A stretch of DNA of 64,000 nt from an uncultured virus (IMG/VR IMGVR_UViG_3300034520_000374) (IMGVR_UViG_3300034520_000374); one strand, 5' to 3'. Counted from the first letter of the stretch, positions 29,433 through 39,098 are shown. Numbers and translations: made by a program. Notes: generated by a model not told the origin, from the sequence alone.

Positions 29433-29924
29433 GTGAAGTTACCCGAAAAATTAAATAAGGTCATGGCCCAAGAGGAGAAGTTACTAGCCCAGAGCAACGA
29501 AGTGGACACCATCATTATTTATGCTGGGGATGTCATGCTGGAGGGTATGAGAGCACCAGCGAATGTTGTGCTTGTAAGTTGGAAGGATGAGGGTAAGGGT
29601 TTAGCTTTGACGGACGTAGTGAGCATAGGCATGATGGACTGGGCGGTAGAAAATCTACCTAAAGGGTGGAACACAGCTTTTTCTGTAGAAATCCAGAGGT
29701 GTAAGGCTGTGATGGACCAAAACCTTAAAACACTACTCAAAGTTGCTTTTAGAGAAGCTGAAGATAATGGGCTAATATTTGATGAGTATACCAAGTGGTT
29801 AAATGAAGGAACAGACAACGAACAGTATATACTTATATTGAGTGATTCTGACCTTGGGCAAATTGAGGAAGCATTAGGAAAAGAAAATATCATAGTTAAA
29901 AGAATAGGGTCATATACGGCATAA
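29433..29924 (+). CDS. Hypothetical protein
   Basis: ORF with aggagg RBS. Confidence 0.65.
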   Translation: MKLPEKLNKVMAQEEKLLAQSNEVDTIIIYAGDVMLEGMRAPANVVLVSWKDEGKGLALTDVVSIGMMDWAVENLPKGWNTAFSVEIQRCKAVMDQNLKTLLKVAFREAEDNGLIFDEYTKWLNEGTDNEQYILILSDSDLGQIEEALGKENIIVKRIGSYTA

Positions 29925-29936
29925 TACTATAACACT

Positions 29937-29981
29937 TAAATAACAATTAAGCGCCTAAAACGGGCGCTTAATTGTTATTTA
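29937..29981 (+). terminator. Intrinsic terminator
   Basis: 19-bp perfect inverted repeat taaataacaattaagcgcc / ggcgcttaattgttattta. Confidence 0.75.
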
Positions 29982-29998
29982 TAAATGAGGTGATTAGC

Positions 29999-30436
29999 GT
30001 GAGGTGTATTGGGAGGTACATGCTGGGAGGAGAGTTGGTTGGGCTACTGCTTGAGGATGGTTCAGAGTACCTGGCGGTCAGAGTCAAAGAGGCAGTAGAG
30101 CTAGCCAGAGAAGGAGGCATAGAAAACATAAAGGTTATTGAGTATGACGGAAAATACTATTTGAAAGGCATAGGGATAAAGATTTCAGAGCTTCCAAATA
30201 AGGGAGTATTCCCGGCAAATAAAGATGAGGTAAGCATTGATGGGAATTATCTGGAAATCAAGTCAGGCATAGAATTAAATGGCGAGACGGTAGGATTTAT
30301 TGTTAAGAGCAAGAGTAGGGAGTATAAGCTTTCAAAAGCCAAAGTGTGGCAGCTGGCCATAAGCGGGGCTGTAAGGGGAGTAGTGGCTAAGCGCGTGGGA
30401 GGAAAGAAATACATCTTTACAAGATGTAGCATTTAG
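29999..30436 (+). CDS. Hypothetical protein made of two small repeated domains (GTG 29999; ORF track start 29972)
   Basis: Internal repeat GELVGLLL...AVELAREG and GETVGFIV...VWQLAISG; gaggtg RBS. Confidence 0.6.
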   Translation: MRCIGRYMLGGELVGLLLEDGSEYLAVRVKEAVELAREGGIENIKVIEYDGKYYLKGIGIKISELPNKGVFPANKDEVSIDGNYLEIKSGIELNGETVGFIVKSKSREYKLSKAKVWQLAISGAVRGVVAKRVGGKKYIFTRCSI

Positions 30437-30492
30437 CAGTAAAATTTTTAGGCTGTAAGTATACATGAATGTGAATTTTACATATACTAGGT

Positions 30493-30521
30493 TTGACAAA
30501 AAGGTTTATGTGCGGTATAAT
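30493..30521 (+). promoter_or_regulatory. Consensus sigma-A promoter
   Basis: TTGACA (30493-30498), 17-nt spacer, TATAAT (30516-30521). Confidence 0.85.
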
Positions 30522-30526
30522 TAAAA

Positions 30527-30620
30527 TGAAATCGGGAGTTTCAAGGTGCATTACAAATTTAATACGCGTGCGTAAGCCTCTACCCATACAGACGCCCTGA
30601 ACGCCAGGGCGTTTTATTAT
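30527..30620 (+). ncRNA. Candidate small RNA or attenuator leader of about 90 nt
   Basis: Lies between a perfect sigma-A promoter and an intrinsic terminator; no RBS-led ORF. Confidence 0.45.
30591..30620 (+). terminator. Intrinsic terminator
   Basis: acgccctg-aacgc-cagggcgt followed by tttattat. Confidence 0.7.
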
Positions 30621-30680
30621 GCCCTTATTGATGTCGTAATTATATATTTAGGGAAGTAAAATTGAAAGGAGAAGATTTTG

Positions 30681-31019
30681 ATGTACGGAAACAGGGAAGC
30701 TTTAATTCAGTCTATTAAGGCATTGATGGGTGAGGAAGGGGCCAAGATGGCTAATATTGAGGCATTGTCTGAGGACGAACTCGAGGAACTGCTTCAGGAC
30801 TTAAGGTCTGGCGGGGTAGTTTCTGAGGACATCGAGGACGTGCTCACAGAAGATGAATTAGCCGAGCTTTATGACGATGAGGAGTATGATGAACCTGGAA
30901 CTATGTCTGAGGAAGAATGGGAGGCGCTCTTAAAGGATATAGACAATATGCCAGATGATGAGGAAGAAGAAATCATCATAGACGAGAAATATCCTTTTGA
31001 TGATGAAGAAGAACAGTAA
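30681..31019 (+). CDS. Small, extremely acidic protein (ORF track start 30678)
   Basis: About 43 D/E in 113 aa by manual count; aagga RBS. Confidence 0.7.
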   Translation: MYGNREALIQSIKALMGEEGAKMANIEALSEDELEELLQDLRSGGVVSEDIEDVLTEDELAELYDDEEYDEPGTMSEEEWEALLKDIDNMPDDEEEEIIIDEKYPFDDEEEQ

Positions 31020-31080
31020 TTAATATGTTGTAGCGTCAGGATTGTGGGCAGGTAAAATAAACTACATTAAGATGACCTAT

Positions 31081-31115
31081 AAATAAACAGCCAATACATC
31101 TGGCTGTTTATTTTT
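31081..31115 (+). terminator. Intrinsic terminator
   Basis: aaataaacagcca / tggctgtttattt. Confidence 0.75.
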
Positions 31116-31179
31116 ATGCCATCAACCAGTGCATGCTTGTAACAAGTGTAGGTGAAAAACAAAGAAATGGAGGGTTAAC

Positions 31180-32871
31180 ATGAAAGCATTATTTAAGTCC
31201 AAGCTGCTTAAGGAAGTTTTGGTTACAGCATGTATAATGTGTCTAATGCTTCCAACTGTAGCATTAGCCAGCTCTGAAATTACGTATCGCAGTAAAATCT
31301 ATCCTGAGGAGTCTTATACTTTAACCGACCAGTATCTATTTGAGCTCAAGTTAGCAAAGCTGCTTTACGAGAAGGCACCAAGTAGACCTGGCGATGTAAG
31401 AGACATCGAAATAGCAGTTAATTTACCGTTAAGTGCTATGGATGTGCCTCAGATATCTGTCGATATAAAAGGTAGTCAGACATGGACATCTAGCAAATTT
31501 ATAAATTATGATTATATAGATGCCATAGGAACTCCAAAAGGTACACTTTTAATATTCAGGAATGTTAGAGTGGACGACACAATGCACTTGGATGACCCTG
31601 AAAATGAAGAAGTTGTACGGAAATTAATAGACGGAGCAAAGAAGTACTCTTCCATTGAGGGAAAGTTGGGGTATATAAACGATGAAATAGCACTACATAC
31701 AAAATACAGCTACGACCACAATGTGCCTGACGGGGAGGACGTAGATTTTATTGGACTCGTGTTGAGGGAGCATAAAGGCGTATGCACGCACTTTGCAATG
31801 ACATTGAAATACATCCTAGACAGGCTTGGAGTACCCTCAGTGATAGGAGCTTCAACGAGAAGCAACCACATGATGAACTTTGTTTATGTTGACGGTAAGT
31901 GGAAAGCCTGGGACTTGACATGGAACATTTGCAACGGAACAGCAGATGATGTGATTATAGACTGGTACAAAGGTCCTGATGGCAAACCAGTAATCGTAAA
32001 AGGACCTGGGATTAGGTCATTCTTCTTAATGGACCCTGATGGGCATCTATTTAAGAATGAATATGTCCCTGAATTTGGTAAATGGTTTACAGATTTTCTG
32101 CTCACAGCAGAAGCTCAGACAGCAATAGAATACCCTGAACTGCCAACAGCAATTAAAATAGACCCCAGCGATATCCTAGCTAATATAAACGAAGTTAAAG
32201 ATTACATCGCCAAGTACGGTGGCAAGAAGCAGTTCGTCAATGAGCCCGACAGCAATACAGTAGCACCGGTTCTTCCTCCAAATGACCATACAAAAGTGCC
32301 TGACCCTGTAGGGGATACAAGTGCGGGTCAGATTGACCCAAGTATGGTTTCCGGTGGCAGTTTTTCTATATCTACGGACAGTTCCGGTAAGCTTGTAGTC
32401 ACGAATAATTCTAATACGACAACGCAGGTAAATCAGCAGAAAGCCAAAGCCCAGCCAACCAGTTCTTCAGTTATAATCAACGGTAAGAAAGTTGCTTTTG
32501 AGGCATACAACATAGGCGGTTACAATTACTTCAAGTTGAGAGACATTGCAATGGCATTAAATGGCACTGACAAGCAGTTTGAGGTCAAGTTTGATGGCAG
32601 TAAAAACGCCATCTTAATCACAACGGGTTCCAAGTATACAGCAGTAGGCGGAGAGCTCAAGGTCTCAGGGGCAAAATCTGAGAAGCCAGCAGTGCCAACG
32701 CCTTCTAAAGTGTATATAAACGGTAAAGAAGTCCAGTTTACTGCGTATAACATAGACGGTTACAATTACTTCAAGCTTCGCGACATTGGTAAAGCACTTA
32801 ACTTAGGTGTATTCTGGGACGGTACTAACAACACAATCAGAATCGACACAACTAAAGTTTATACGGAATAA
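31180..32871 (+). CDS. Secreted transglutaminase-like protein with two C-terminal copper-amine-oxidase-N-like cell-surface repeats
   Basis: Signal peptide (ALA); GVCTHFA...NHMMNFVYVDGKWKAWDLTW triad; two YNIxGYNYFKLRDI repeats. Confidence 0.8.
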   Translation: MKALFKSKLLKEVLVTACIMCLMLPTVALASSEITYRSKIYPEESYTLTDQYLFELKLAKLLYEKAPSRPGDVRDIEIAVNLPLSAMDVPQISVDIKGSQTWTSSKFINYDYIDAIGTPKGTLLIFRNVRVDDTMHLDDPENEEVVRKLIDGAKKYSSIEGKLGYINDEIALHTKYSYDHNVPDGEDVDFIGLVLREHKGVCTHFAMTLKYILDRLGVPSVIGASTRSNHMMNFVYVDGKWKAWDLTWNICNGTADDVIIDWYKGPDGKPVIVKGPGIRSFFLMDPDGHLFKNEYVPEFGKWFTDFLLTAEAQTAIEYPELPTAIKIDPSDILANINEVKDYIAKYGGKKQFVNEPDSNTVAPVLPPNDHTKVPDPVGDTSAGQIDPSMVSGGSFSISTDSSGKLVVTNNSNTTTQVNQQKAKAQPTSSSVIINGKKVAFEAYNIGGYNYFKLRDIAMALNGTDKQFEVKFDGSKNAILITTGSKYTAVGGELKVSGAKSEKPAVPTPSKVYINGKEVQFTAYNIDGYNYFKLRDIGKALNLGVFWDGTNNTIRIDTTKVYTE

Positions 32872-32883
32872 ACGCTAGTTTAT

Positions 32884-32921
32884 AAATAACCTACAGCTGT
32901 TAACGGCTGTAGGTTATTTTT
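32884..32921 (+). terminator. Intrinsic terminator
   Basis: aaataacctacagc / gctgtaggttattt. Confidence 0.75.
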
Positions 32922-32963
32922 ATTAGAAAGGACAAATAAAATGGGGAATGGAGGAGATAGCCT

Positions 32964-34091
32964 ATGGAGATTATGGTAATAGCATCAACAAAGCCATACG
33001 AGCAAGTGGGTGTAGGCGAGTTAACATTATTTGGAGGTAAGCTAGCCGGGATATGTTATATGAACAATGAATTCGAGGATATCGTAAACGAAGATGTCGA
33101 AAAGACATTAAAAAGAGCCAAAATGACATTGGATTTAGGTCATCATAGCATTTATGACCACCTGCAATTTACACTGTTACTTAAGGGTATACCAAAGATT
33201 ATAGCTATGATACTCAACAATGAGAAGTTTTACACTACATCTGAAAAATCTGCAAGATATACTAGAATGAGCGTTTCAGGAGTTGAGGAAGCACTATACA
33301 ATAAGTGGTTTAACATCGTAAAAGAGTTAATACACAAGGCATATCCTGATATGCATGACAAATTGGCTGAGAAGCTTGCAATGGAAAATGCAAGGTACAT
33401 GATAAGTGTATTTACACCAACAACTTTAGCCTATACTACAAGTTTGCGCCAGCTCAATTACATCATTAGAATGATGGAGAGCTTTGTGGATACCTGGGAA
33501 AATACTGATTTTTACATTAAAGTAAAAGACGAGCTTAAGAAATTTATAAAAGCAATAAAGGATATGGGGCTATACGTTGAGGGGCTTGACTATGACGGAA
33601 AAGGACGCAAGCTGTCATTATTTGGCAATAATGAAAACGAGAAGGAGTTGTTCGGAGATGTTTACTCAGCGTTTTACGATTGCAGTTTTGCCATGCTGGC
33701 GCAGGCTCAACGGCACAGGACACTATGGTACACCATGAAGTCTGATGGGAAAAATAATAAGTTTTTCGTTCCATTAATAGTTGAGGTCTTTGGAAAAGAT
33801 GCTGAATGGCTTAGGGATATAAGTTCTATAGCCGAGTTATACCCTCAAGGCACATTGGTGAGGGTCAATGAGAGGGGCACGAAGGAGGCATTCTTATTAA
33901 AGTGCACGGAGAGACTTTGCGGGAAGGCACAGTGGGAAATTATGAAGAATACAGCAGAGTTATACAACAAATACATGGACAGTATAGGTGAGCCTGCAAA
34001 GTATGCCGAAGCTCGTTGCAGATTATTCAAGATGCAGTGTAAAGACAGGTGCTTTTTCGGTAGCAGTTTGGCATTATATAGAATAATATAA
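32964..34091 (+). CDS. thyX: FAD-dependent thymidylate synthase, tandem-domain type
   Basis: GHHSIYDH, SEKSARY, ENARY, QAQRHRT and RLCGKAQWEI motifs. Confidence 0.8.
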   Translation: MEIMVIASTKPYEQVGVGELTLFGGKLAGICYMNNEFEDIVNEDVEKTLKRAKMTLDLGHHSIYDHLQFTLLLKGIPKIIAMILNNEKFYTTSEKSARYTRMSVSGVEEALYNKWFNIVKELIHKAYPDMHDKLAEKLAMENARYMISVFTPTTLAYTTSLRQLNYIIRMMESFVDTWENTDFYIKVKDELKKFIKAIKDMGLYVEGLDYDGKGRKLSLFGNNENEKELFGDVYSAFYDCSFAMLAQAQRHRTLWYTMKSDGKNNKFFVPLIVEVFGKDAEWLRDISSIAELYPQGTLVRVNERGTKEAFLLKCTERLCGKAQWEIMKNTAELYNKYMDSIGEPAKYAEARCRLFKMQCKDRCFFGSSLALYRII

Positions 34092-34110
34092 CAAGGGGGT
34101 TAAATAAACA

Positions 34111-35802
34111 ATGCGTGCAGAAACTGTAATTAGGCGAGATTACGGTATTCCTGGTGGCAAGAGGCAGGCAGAAATCTTATTAAATCAGCTAGTTAACAGG
34201 ATAAACAGGAAAATAGGCAATGAGCAGTTCTTCATGCTTGATGTCGACGGGAACAATATTGACATTAGACCTTTCTTAGCCAACGCAGTCAGTTTATTTG
34301 GAGGGTTAGACTACGATAAAATATTATGGTTTGTCCTAAAGAATATGAGCGATACCGATGTAGCAGGCATGAGGCTGCAGGAGATTATTACTCGTGAGGA
34401 GGTCAGGTTACTCAGCTTGGGGTTAGCGTGGCCAATGGATTTACATCGTAGATTGTTGCTGTTGTTTGCATTAAAGAAATGTAAAAAGGCAGCAGCTCAT
34501 ATTACGGCATACGCTTTAGGGTACCTAGGGTTTAACGAGGCAGATATTATAGGTAATACATCGCAGACAGGTGCGAAGGAATTTAGCACAATACTTGTTA
34601 CATGGTGGCTGAGCAAGAAGAACATCAAGGAAGGCAAGGAGAGGTTGTTACCTTACGTTGTAAAACTAGGTAAGACACTTGGAGAAACATTTGAGTTTTA
34701 TGATAAGGGTATGGCAGATATTTGGATGAAGTATCTATCAGGGGGAATAGATACAGATACATTTCTAACAGAGCTAGATAACTTGCACAGAAGTAGAAAA
34801 GGACTTAGCAAAGATAGGGACGACAGGTTCATAAAAAGCTTTGTCGCTGGAGAAATGTGGACAACATATGTGGATAACCGTGAGATACTTGCCAAAGCCA
34901 ATAAAATACAATGCGATAGCAGTAAGGAGCCTGATGTAGTATATGACTACTTGTTAGATATATTGGAATCATTAGTAGTGCTTGAAATAAGCAGGATGAA
35001 AGGCATATTCTCTGAGTGTTGTTTCAATGAGGAGAAAGTGAAGGATGCTGCTGAGGAATACCAGAAAGTTAAGCAGCGGGCATGCGAATTAGAGGAGGAG
35101 CTACGTAAGGTCAGAAAGGAGTTAAGCAAGGCAAAGAAAGAGGCTGAACAATCAAATTCACAGGCGAACAAGCTACAATATGAAAACAACAGATTGAGAG
35201 CGGAAAATAACGAGTTAAAGAGCAAGATAAACAGCATGGTGGAGCCGATAAAAGAGCAGTATGAAGCACAAGTTCAAGGATTAAGGGCGGAAGTAAACAA
35301 GTTGACGAGCGAGCTTGCAGTAGTTAGTCGGAAGAATGGTGAGTACATTAACAAGATTAACGAGCTAAAGGATGAACTGAGTTTATGCAGGTTGGAGTAC
35401 GATGAACTAAAGGATAGCTACGAGGATTTGAAAGAGATGAAGCTTTCAATGGATGCACATATAAACTGTAGCATTCCTATAGAGGTAGTTCTAAACAGCG
35501 TCAAGGATTTAAGGGTTGCAGTTATAGGCGGGAGTCAGACACTGGCATCGAACTTAAGGGCAATGGGGTTGAACAGGTGGAAGTTTTATGTAGCAGATGA
35601 GGTACCTTCTACAAGCGAAATAGGTGTATGCGATTGCATTGTAATAATCGTGTCATACGTCCCACACAGCGGTATAAAGAGTATAAGGAAATATGGAAAG
35701 AGGGTCGGAATACCCATAATAAACTTTAACGGGAGGAACATTGAGGAAATTTGTAGGGCAGTTTACGGGGAGGTTGTATTCGATGCACAGCAAGGAGCTT
35801 AA
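34111..35802 (+). CDS. Coiled-coil protein with C-terminal DUF2325-like domain
   Basis: Long heptad region; RVAVIGG...CDCIVIIVSYVPHS...GIPII. Confidence 0.6.
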   Translation: MRAETVIRRDYGIPGGKRQAEILLNQLVNRINRKIGNEQFFMLDVDGNNIDIRPFLANAVSLFGGLDYDKILWFVLKNMSDTDVAGMRLQEIITREEVRLLSLGLAWPMDLHRRLLLLFALKKCKKAAAHITAYALGYLGFNEADIIGNTSQTGAKEFSTILVTWWLSKKNIKEGKERLLPYVVKLGKTLGETFEFYDKGMADIWMKYLSGGIDTDTFLTELDNLHRSRKGLSKDRDDRFIKSFVAGEMWTTYVDNREILAKANKIQCDSSKEPDVVYDYLLDILESLVVLEISRMKGIFSECCFNEEKVKDAAEEYQKVKQRACELEEELRKVRKELSKAKKEAEQSNSQANKLQYENNRLRAENNELKSKINSMVEPIKEQYEAQVQGLRAEVNKLTSELAVVSRKNGEYINKINELKDELSLCRLEYDELKDSYEDLKEMKLSMDAHINCSIPIEVVLNSVKDLRVAVIGGSQTLASNLRAMGLNRWKFYVADEVPSTSEIGVCDCIVIIVSYVPHSGIKSIRKYGKRVGIPIINFNGRNIEEICRAVYGEVVFDAQQGA

Positions 35803-36073
35803 AAGGTTTCTGGAGATTGAGGACTCAGGCAGTCGGGAAGAAAAAGTAAGGCTTTTGGAAGGTATAAGGCAGGACGTAGAAATGATTATTAAAAAGATGA
35901 AGTCTGGTGTAGTCACAACTGTTATTGAGGACAACCTTGTGATGCTATGGTGCACAGCCTGGGGTGAGTTGTGTGAGCATAGCGAATCCGAGTGTACAGC
36001 ATTTGGTTGTCTTGAGTGTAAATATGGAATAAAAGGAGGTATGACTTATGAAGTCGAAGGACAAGGCGTATAA
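35783..36073 (+). CDS. Small Cys-rich hypothetical protein (ORF track start 35741)
   Basis: ggagg RBS before ATG 35783; C-terminal Cys cluster. Confidence 0.55.
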   Translation: MHSKELKRFLEIEDSGSREEKVRLLEGIRQDVEMIIKKMKSGVVTTVIEDNLVMLWCTAWGELCEHSESECTAFGCLECKYGIKGGMTYEVEGQGV

Positions 36074-36311
36074 GGTGGCTTCAGACGTAAGCGATTTTCT
36101 TAATAGCTTTCATCCTGACTATGCAGGGTTTGTAGAAGCCATGGCGATGGAGCACAGGACATTGCAACAGAGCTTTACACAACTTTGTTTGGAATGGTTC
36201 AAGTACCTGGCAAACACACCGTATTACGATGAGCGAAATGAGGCTTCAGTCATGGTTGCAAGAGCAGTAATCAATACACTGGGGAACGACATCAGGCTTC
36301 CTTTTATTTAA
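36048..36311 (+). CDS. Hypothetical phage-like protein
   Basis: aggagg RBS; EHRTLQQSF...YDERNEAS motif. Confidence 0.6.
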   Translation: MKSKDKAYKVASDVSDFLNSFHPDYAGFVEAMAMEHRTLQQSFTQLCLEWFKYLANTPYYDERNEASVMVARAVINTLGNDIRLPFI

Positions 36312-36406
36312 CCTATAAAGGCATGTAGGTTATCAGAATGAACATATAGCATCTTTGTAGCATACATGCCATATATCCTTAAAATGAGGTAAAGGTAAAG
36401 AGGGAG

Positions 36407-36829
36407 GTGTTAGGGATGACAAAGAAACAGGGCAAAGTTTACTTTGACTCCAAAAGTTGTATGGAGTGCGATGAGGCAGAGTACGGGGATTTCTGTCGTG
36501 ACTGCATACTGGAGGGTAGCCGCAGATTTTACAAGGATATGCTTTCTACCTATCCTAAGGCTAACAAGGTGCTGATTATAGCATACGGGTCAAACTGGAG
36601 AGGGCAGACAGGTTACAAAGTAGTAGACCTAACAGAGGACGTGTTATTTGAAATAGCAAGGTTAAGTGAATATATTAAAGTATACCGAGAGGGTAGGAAG
36701 TTTTACGCCTTCGCAGCTTCGCATGATGTGCCTATGGGAAGCACTTGGGAGCTTATTCCAAGGAGCTATAACGGTCATCTGAACAACCGTGAATTAGCCT
36801 ACGAGTACATGAAAAAGTATGAAGGGTAG
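36407..36829 (+). CDS. Hypothetical CxxC...CxxC protein, paralog of 37140..37508
   Basis: VYFDSKSCMEC...CRDC...WELIP. Confidence 0.6.
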   Translation: MLGMTKKQGKVYFDSKSCMECDEAEYGDFCRDCILEGSRRFYKDMLSTYPKANKVLIIAYGSNWRGQTGYKVVDLTEDVLFEIARLSEYIKVYREGRKFYAFAASHDVPMGSTWELIPRSYNGHLNNRELAYEYMKKYEG

Positions 36830-36848
36830 TACGATGGGGGTGTGAGCG

Positions 36849-37103
36849 GTGAGGCATAGTCAATTCCAAGAAGTGTATAAAATGGCCGAAGCATATGCGT
36901 ATCCAAAGGATGAGGCTTTTATTAATGAAGCCTTAAGGGCTCTTGAGGGGCTAGCAGTGGATAGGCACGTGAGGGCGGTTACAAAAGCTCAAGCAGCTTG
37001 TGTGCTGAACTACCAGTGCAGGATGATGAATGGTTTATATGATAGTGTAGCATTGAACGAAATGTATGAGCTTTATAAAAGGTATGTCAGACTTCTTGAT
37101 TAG
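36849..37103 (+). CDS. Hypothetical protein
   Basis: ORF with G-rich RBS, tightly packed. Confidence 0.5.
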   Translation: MRHSQFQEVYKMAEAYAYPKDEAFINEALRALEGLAVDRHVRAVTKAQAACVLNYQCRMMNGLYDSVALNEMYELYKRYVRLLD

Positions 37104-37139
37104 CTGGCATGATACATAATATTAAGTGGAGGTGCTATT

Positions 37140-37508
37140 ATGACTGGTTATTCAGACACGGAAGTTTACTTCGAGGTAAGCAGGTGCGATGGGTGCGGTC
37201 CATTGGTTCCTGGGTATCCGGATAGGTGGATGGACTGCAACGTATGTCTGGGCAATGCAGGGTATAATCTTAGAAAGGGCATAGAGGCTCTTTGGGGCAA
37301 CGTTGGAAGGCTGGCACTTATACGGGTTGGTGATGCATCTGGGAAATACATCAAGAGGTTCAATATCACAAAGCATCTACTTGAGAACGTACTCGATGCA
37401 GTTAATGGGGTCAGTATTTCAAGGATGGGAAACAGGATTGTAGTTATGGGGAAAAATAATGAGATGTACGAGCTGGTGCCTTGCACTGGGCAGAGGGGAA
37501 TAAGGTAA
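37140..37508 (+). CDS. Hypothetical CxxC...CxxC protein, paralog of 36407..36829
   Basis: VYFEVSRCDGC...CNVC...YELVP; ggagg RBS. Confidence 0.6.
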   Translation: MTGYSDTEVYFEVSRCDGCGPLVPGYPDRWMDCNVCLGNAGYNLRKGIEALWGNVGRLALIRVGDASGKYIKRFNITKHLLENVLDAVNGVSISRMGNRIVVMGKNNEMYELVPCTGQRGIR

Positions 37509-37529
37509 TTTACCTTATAAGCGATGCTG

Positions 37530-37573
37530 AGCAGTAAAAAAGATTTGGCATGTGCCAAATCTTTTTTACTGCT
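37530..37573 (+). terminator. Long hairpin or terminator
   Basis: 21-bp perfect inverted repeat agcagtaaaaaagatttggca / tgccaaatcttttttactgct. Confidence 0.7.
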
Positions 37574-37604
37574 ACAAGGTATACAGAAGTGAGGTGGTTT
37601 TGAG

Positions 37605-38420
37605 TTGAACGATGGGTTGTTCAGGCTACTGTGCATCATAGCCGGCATCCTTATTATGTATGCTATAGCAGCTTTAATATCCAGGAAGTTAAAGCTACTA
37701 CATCTAAAGTTCTTAGGCGGGCTCATAAAAGCGGCAATCATAATATACGGCATATATCTACTAACATACTCGATGGAGCCTCTACGTAAATTCACATCCA
37801 CCATAGCAATAGGCAGTAGCTTACTTGTGGTAGTTCTAGGCTTCGCTGCTCAGGAATCGTTGAGTAACGTGATAAACGGCATGATGATTTCAATGTTCAA
37901 ACCTTTTGAAGTCGGGGACAGGATAAAGTTACTTGATTCAGACATAGCGGGTTTTGTGGAGGACATAACGCTCAGGCATGTTGTTATAAAGACATTTAAC
38001 AATAGTCGCGTAATCGTTCCTAACAGCGTGATTAACAAGGAAAAGATAGAGAACTCGCATTACAAAGATGCCAGAGCAGGAATGTCTATTGATATACCAA
38101 TAACTTTCGACTCAGATGTCGAAAAAGCTATTGAGATTGTCAATAAAATAGTGGAGTCACATCCTCTATATTTAGATGTCCGCACGGATGAGGAAATAAA
38201 CAATGGGACGCCTTTGGTAACCACAGTGGTGCGCGATATAAATCCTGACGGTATTTGGATTAGGTCAAGTGTTTGGACGCGAAACATAAACGATAACTTC
38301 CAAGCTTGCAGCGACATCAGGAAGGAAATAGTCAAGCAGTTCAAGGAAAACGGCATTCAAATAAATGTCAGGAGCACGCGTGATATTAAGGAGGCAACTA
38401 GGTATGAGAAAATGGCTTAA
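37605..38420 (+). CDS. mscS: Small-conductance mechanosensitive channel
   Basis: LGFAAQESLSNVINGMMISMFKPFEVGDRI...GFVEDITLRHVVIKTFNNSRVIVPNS. Confidence 0.9.
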   Translation: MNDGLFRLLCIIAGILIMYAIAALISRKLKLLHLKFLGGLIKAAIIIYGIYLLTYSMEPLRKFTSTIAIGSSLLVVVLGFAAQESLSNVINGMMISMFKPFEVGDRIKLLDSDIAGFVEDITLRHVVIKTFNNSRVIVPNSVINKEKIENSHYKDARAGMSIDIPITFDSDVEKAIEIVNKIVESHPLYLDVRTDEEINNGTPLVTTVVRDINPDGIWIRSSVWTRNINDNFQACSDIRKEIVKQFKENGIQINVRSTRDIKEATRYEKMA

Positions 38421-39072
38421 GAACAAGAAGGTAATAGCTTTATGGACAGCAGTGGGTTTGCTGGTTGTGGTAATAGGCATTGCAGTCATGCACAAGTATA
38501 GGATGTTTAACGTTGCAAATAATGCATGTACACATAGAGACATGCACAGCGAGTTACAAAATGGTGCTGACAGCAGGGGAGAGACGGAATTGAGTAGCAG
38601 TGATAAAGAGATAATCAGCGAGGTAAGTAATGGGAACGTACCATACGATAATGTTGTTAAGGCATGCACAGTGGATAGCAATGACTCCAGGAGAATAGCG
38701 GTGCTTGTAGCGACAGTTGAGTACTTAAATAATAAAGAGGTAAACAATTATAAAGTGCCGCAGGTGGTGGTATACAAAGGAGGTAACCCTGTACCATATA
38801 TAAACAGTAACGGCGACAGGGTGAAGATGACACTGCTGAATTATGGTGTCAGGTTGACGGATAAAAGTAACGGAGGCATGCAGGTGGTAGAATTCAAGGA
38901 CAATAAATTCATATACAATAAGGATGTAGAGATACATTATGCGACATATATAACACCTATAGATATAGCCGGAGTAGTGAAGTCGGGGAGTTTTAAGTCA
39001 TATGAACTTGTAGATAAGCAAGGTAAAGTTATAGGAGTAGTGTTTATAGAGGATGGTATAAACATACAGTAA
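38404..39072 (+). CDS. Membrane-anchored divergent paralog of the major pilin-like protein (ORF track start 38365)
   Basis: IAVLVATVEYL ~ YAILIATQAYI; NGDRVKMTLLNYGVRL ~ NGTTVPLKFLNYNAVL; FKSYELVDKQGKVIGVVF ~ FQANLIKDMSGTIMGIAF. Confidence 0.6.
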   Translation: MRKWLKNKKVIALWTAVGLLVVVIGIAVMHKYRMFNVANNACTHRDMHSELQNGADSRGETELSSSDKEIISEVSNGNVPYDNVVKACTVDSNDSRRIAVLVATVEYLNNKEVNNYKVPQVVVYKGGNPVPYINSNGDRVKMTLLNYGVRLTDKSNGGMQVVEFKDNKFIYNKDVEIHYATYITPIDIAGVVKSGSFKSYELVDKQGKVIGVVFIEDGINIQ

Positions 39073-39098
39073 AAGATTTACGGGAGGGTAATTTTACT

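Noticed and set aside
30540..30612. Purine riboswitch (aagcctctacc resembles the J2/3 strand) or CRISPR-repeat mimic (gtttcaa)
   Set aside because: The conserved ATATGG and CCGTAAA loops are absent and the repeat similarity is only 7 nt; kept only as an unclassified sRNA candidate
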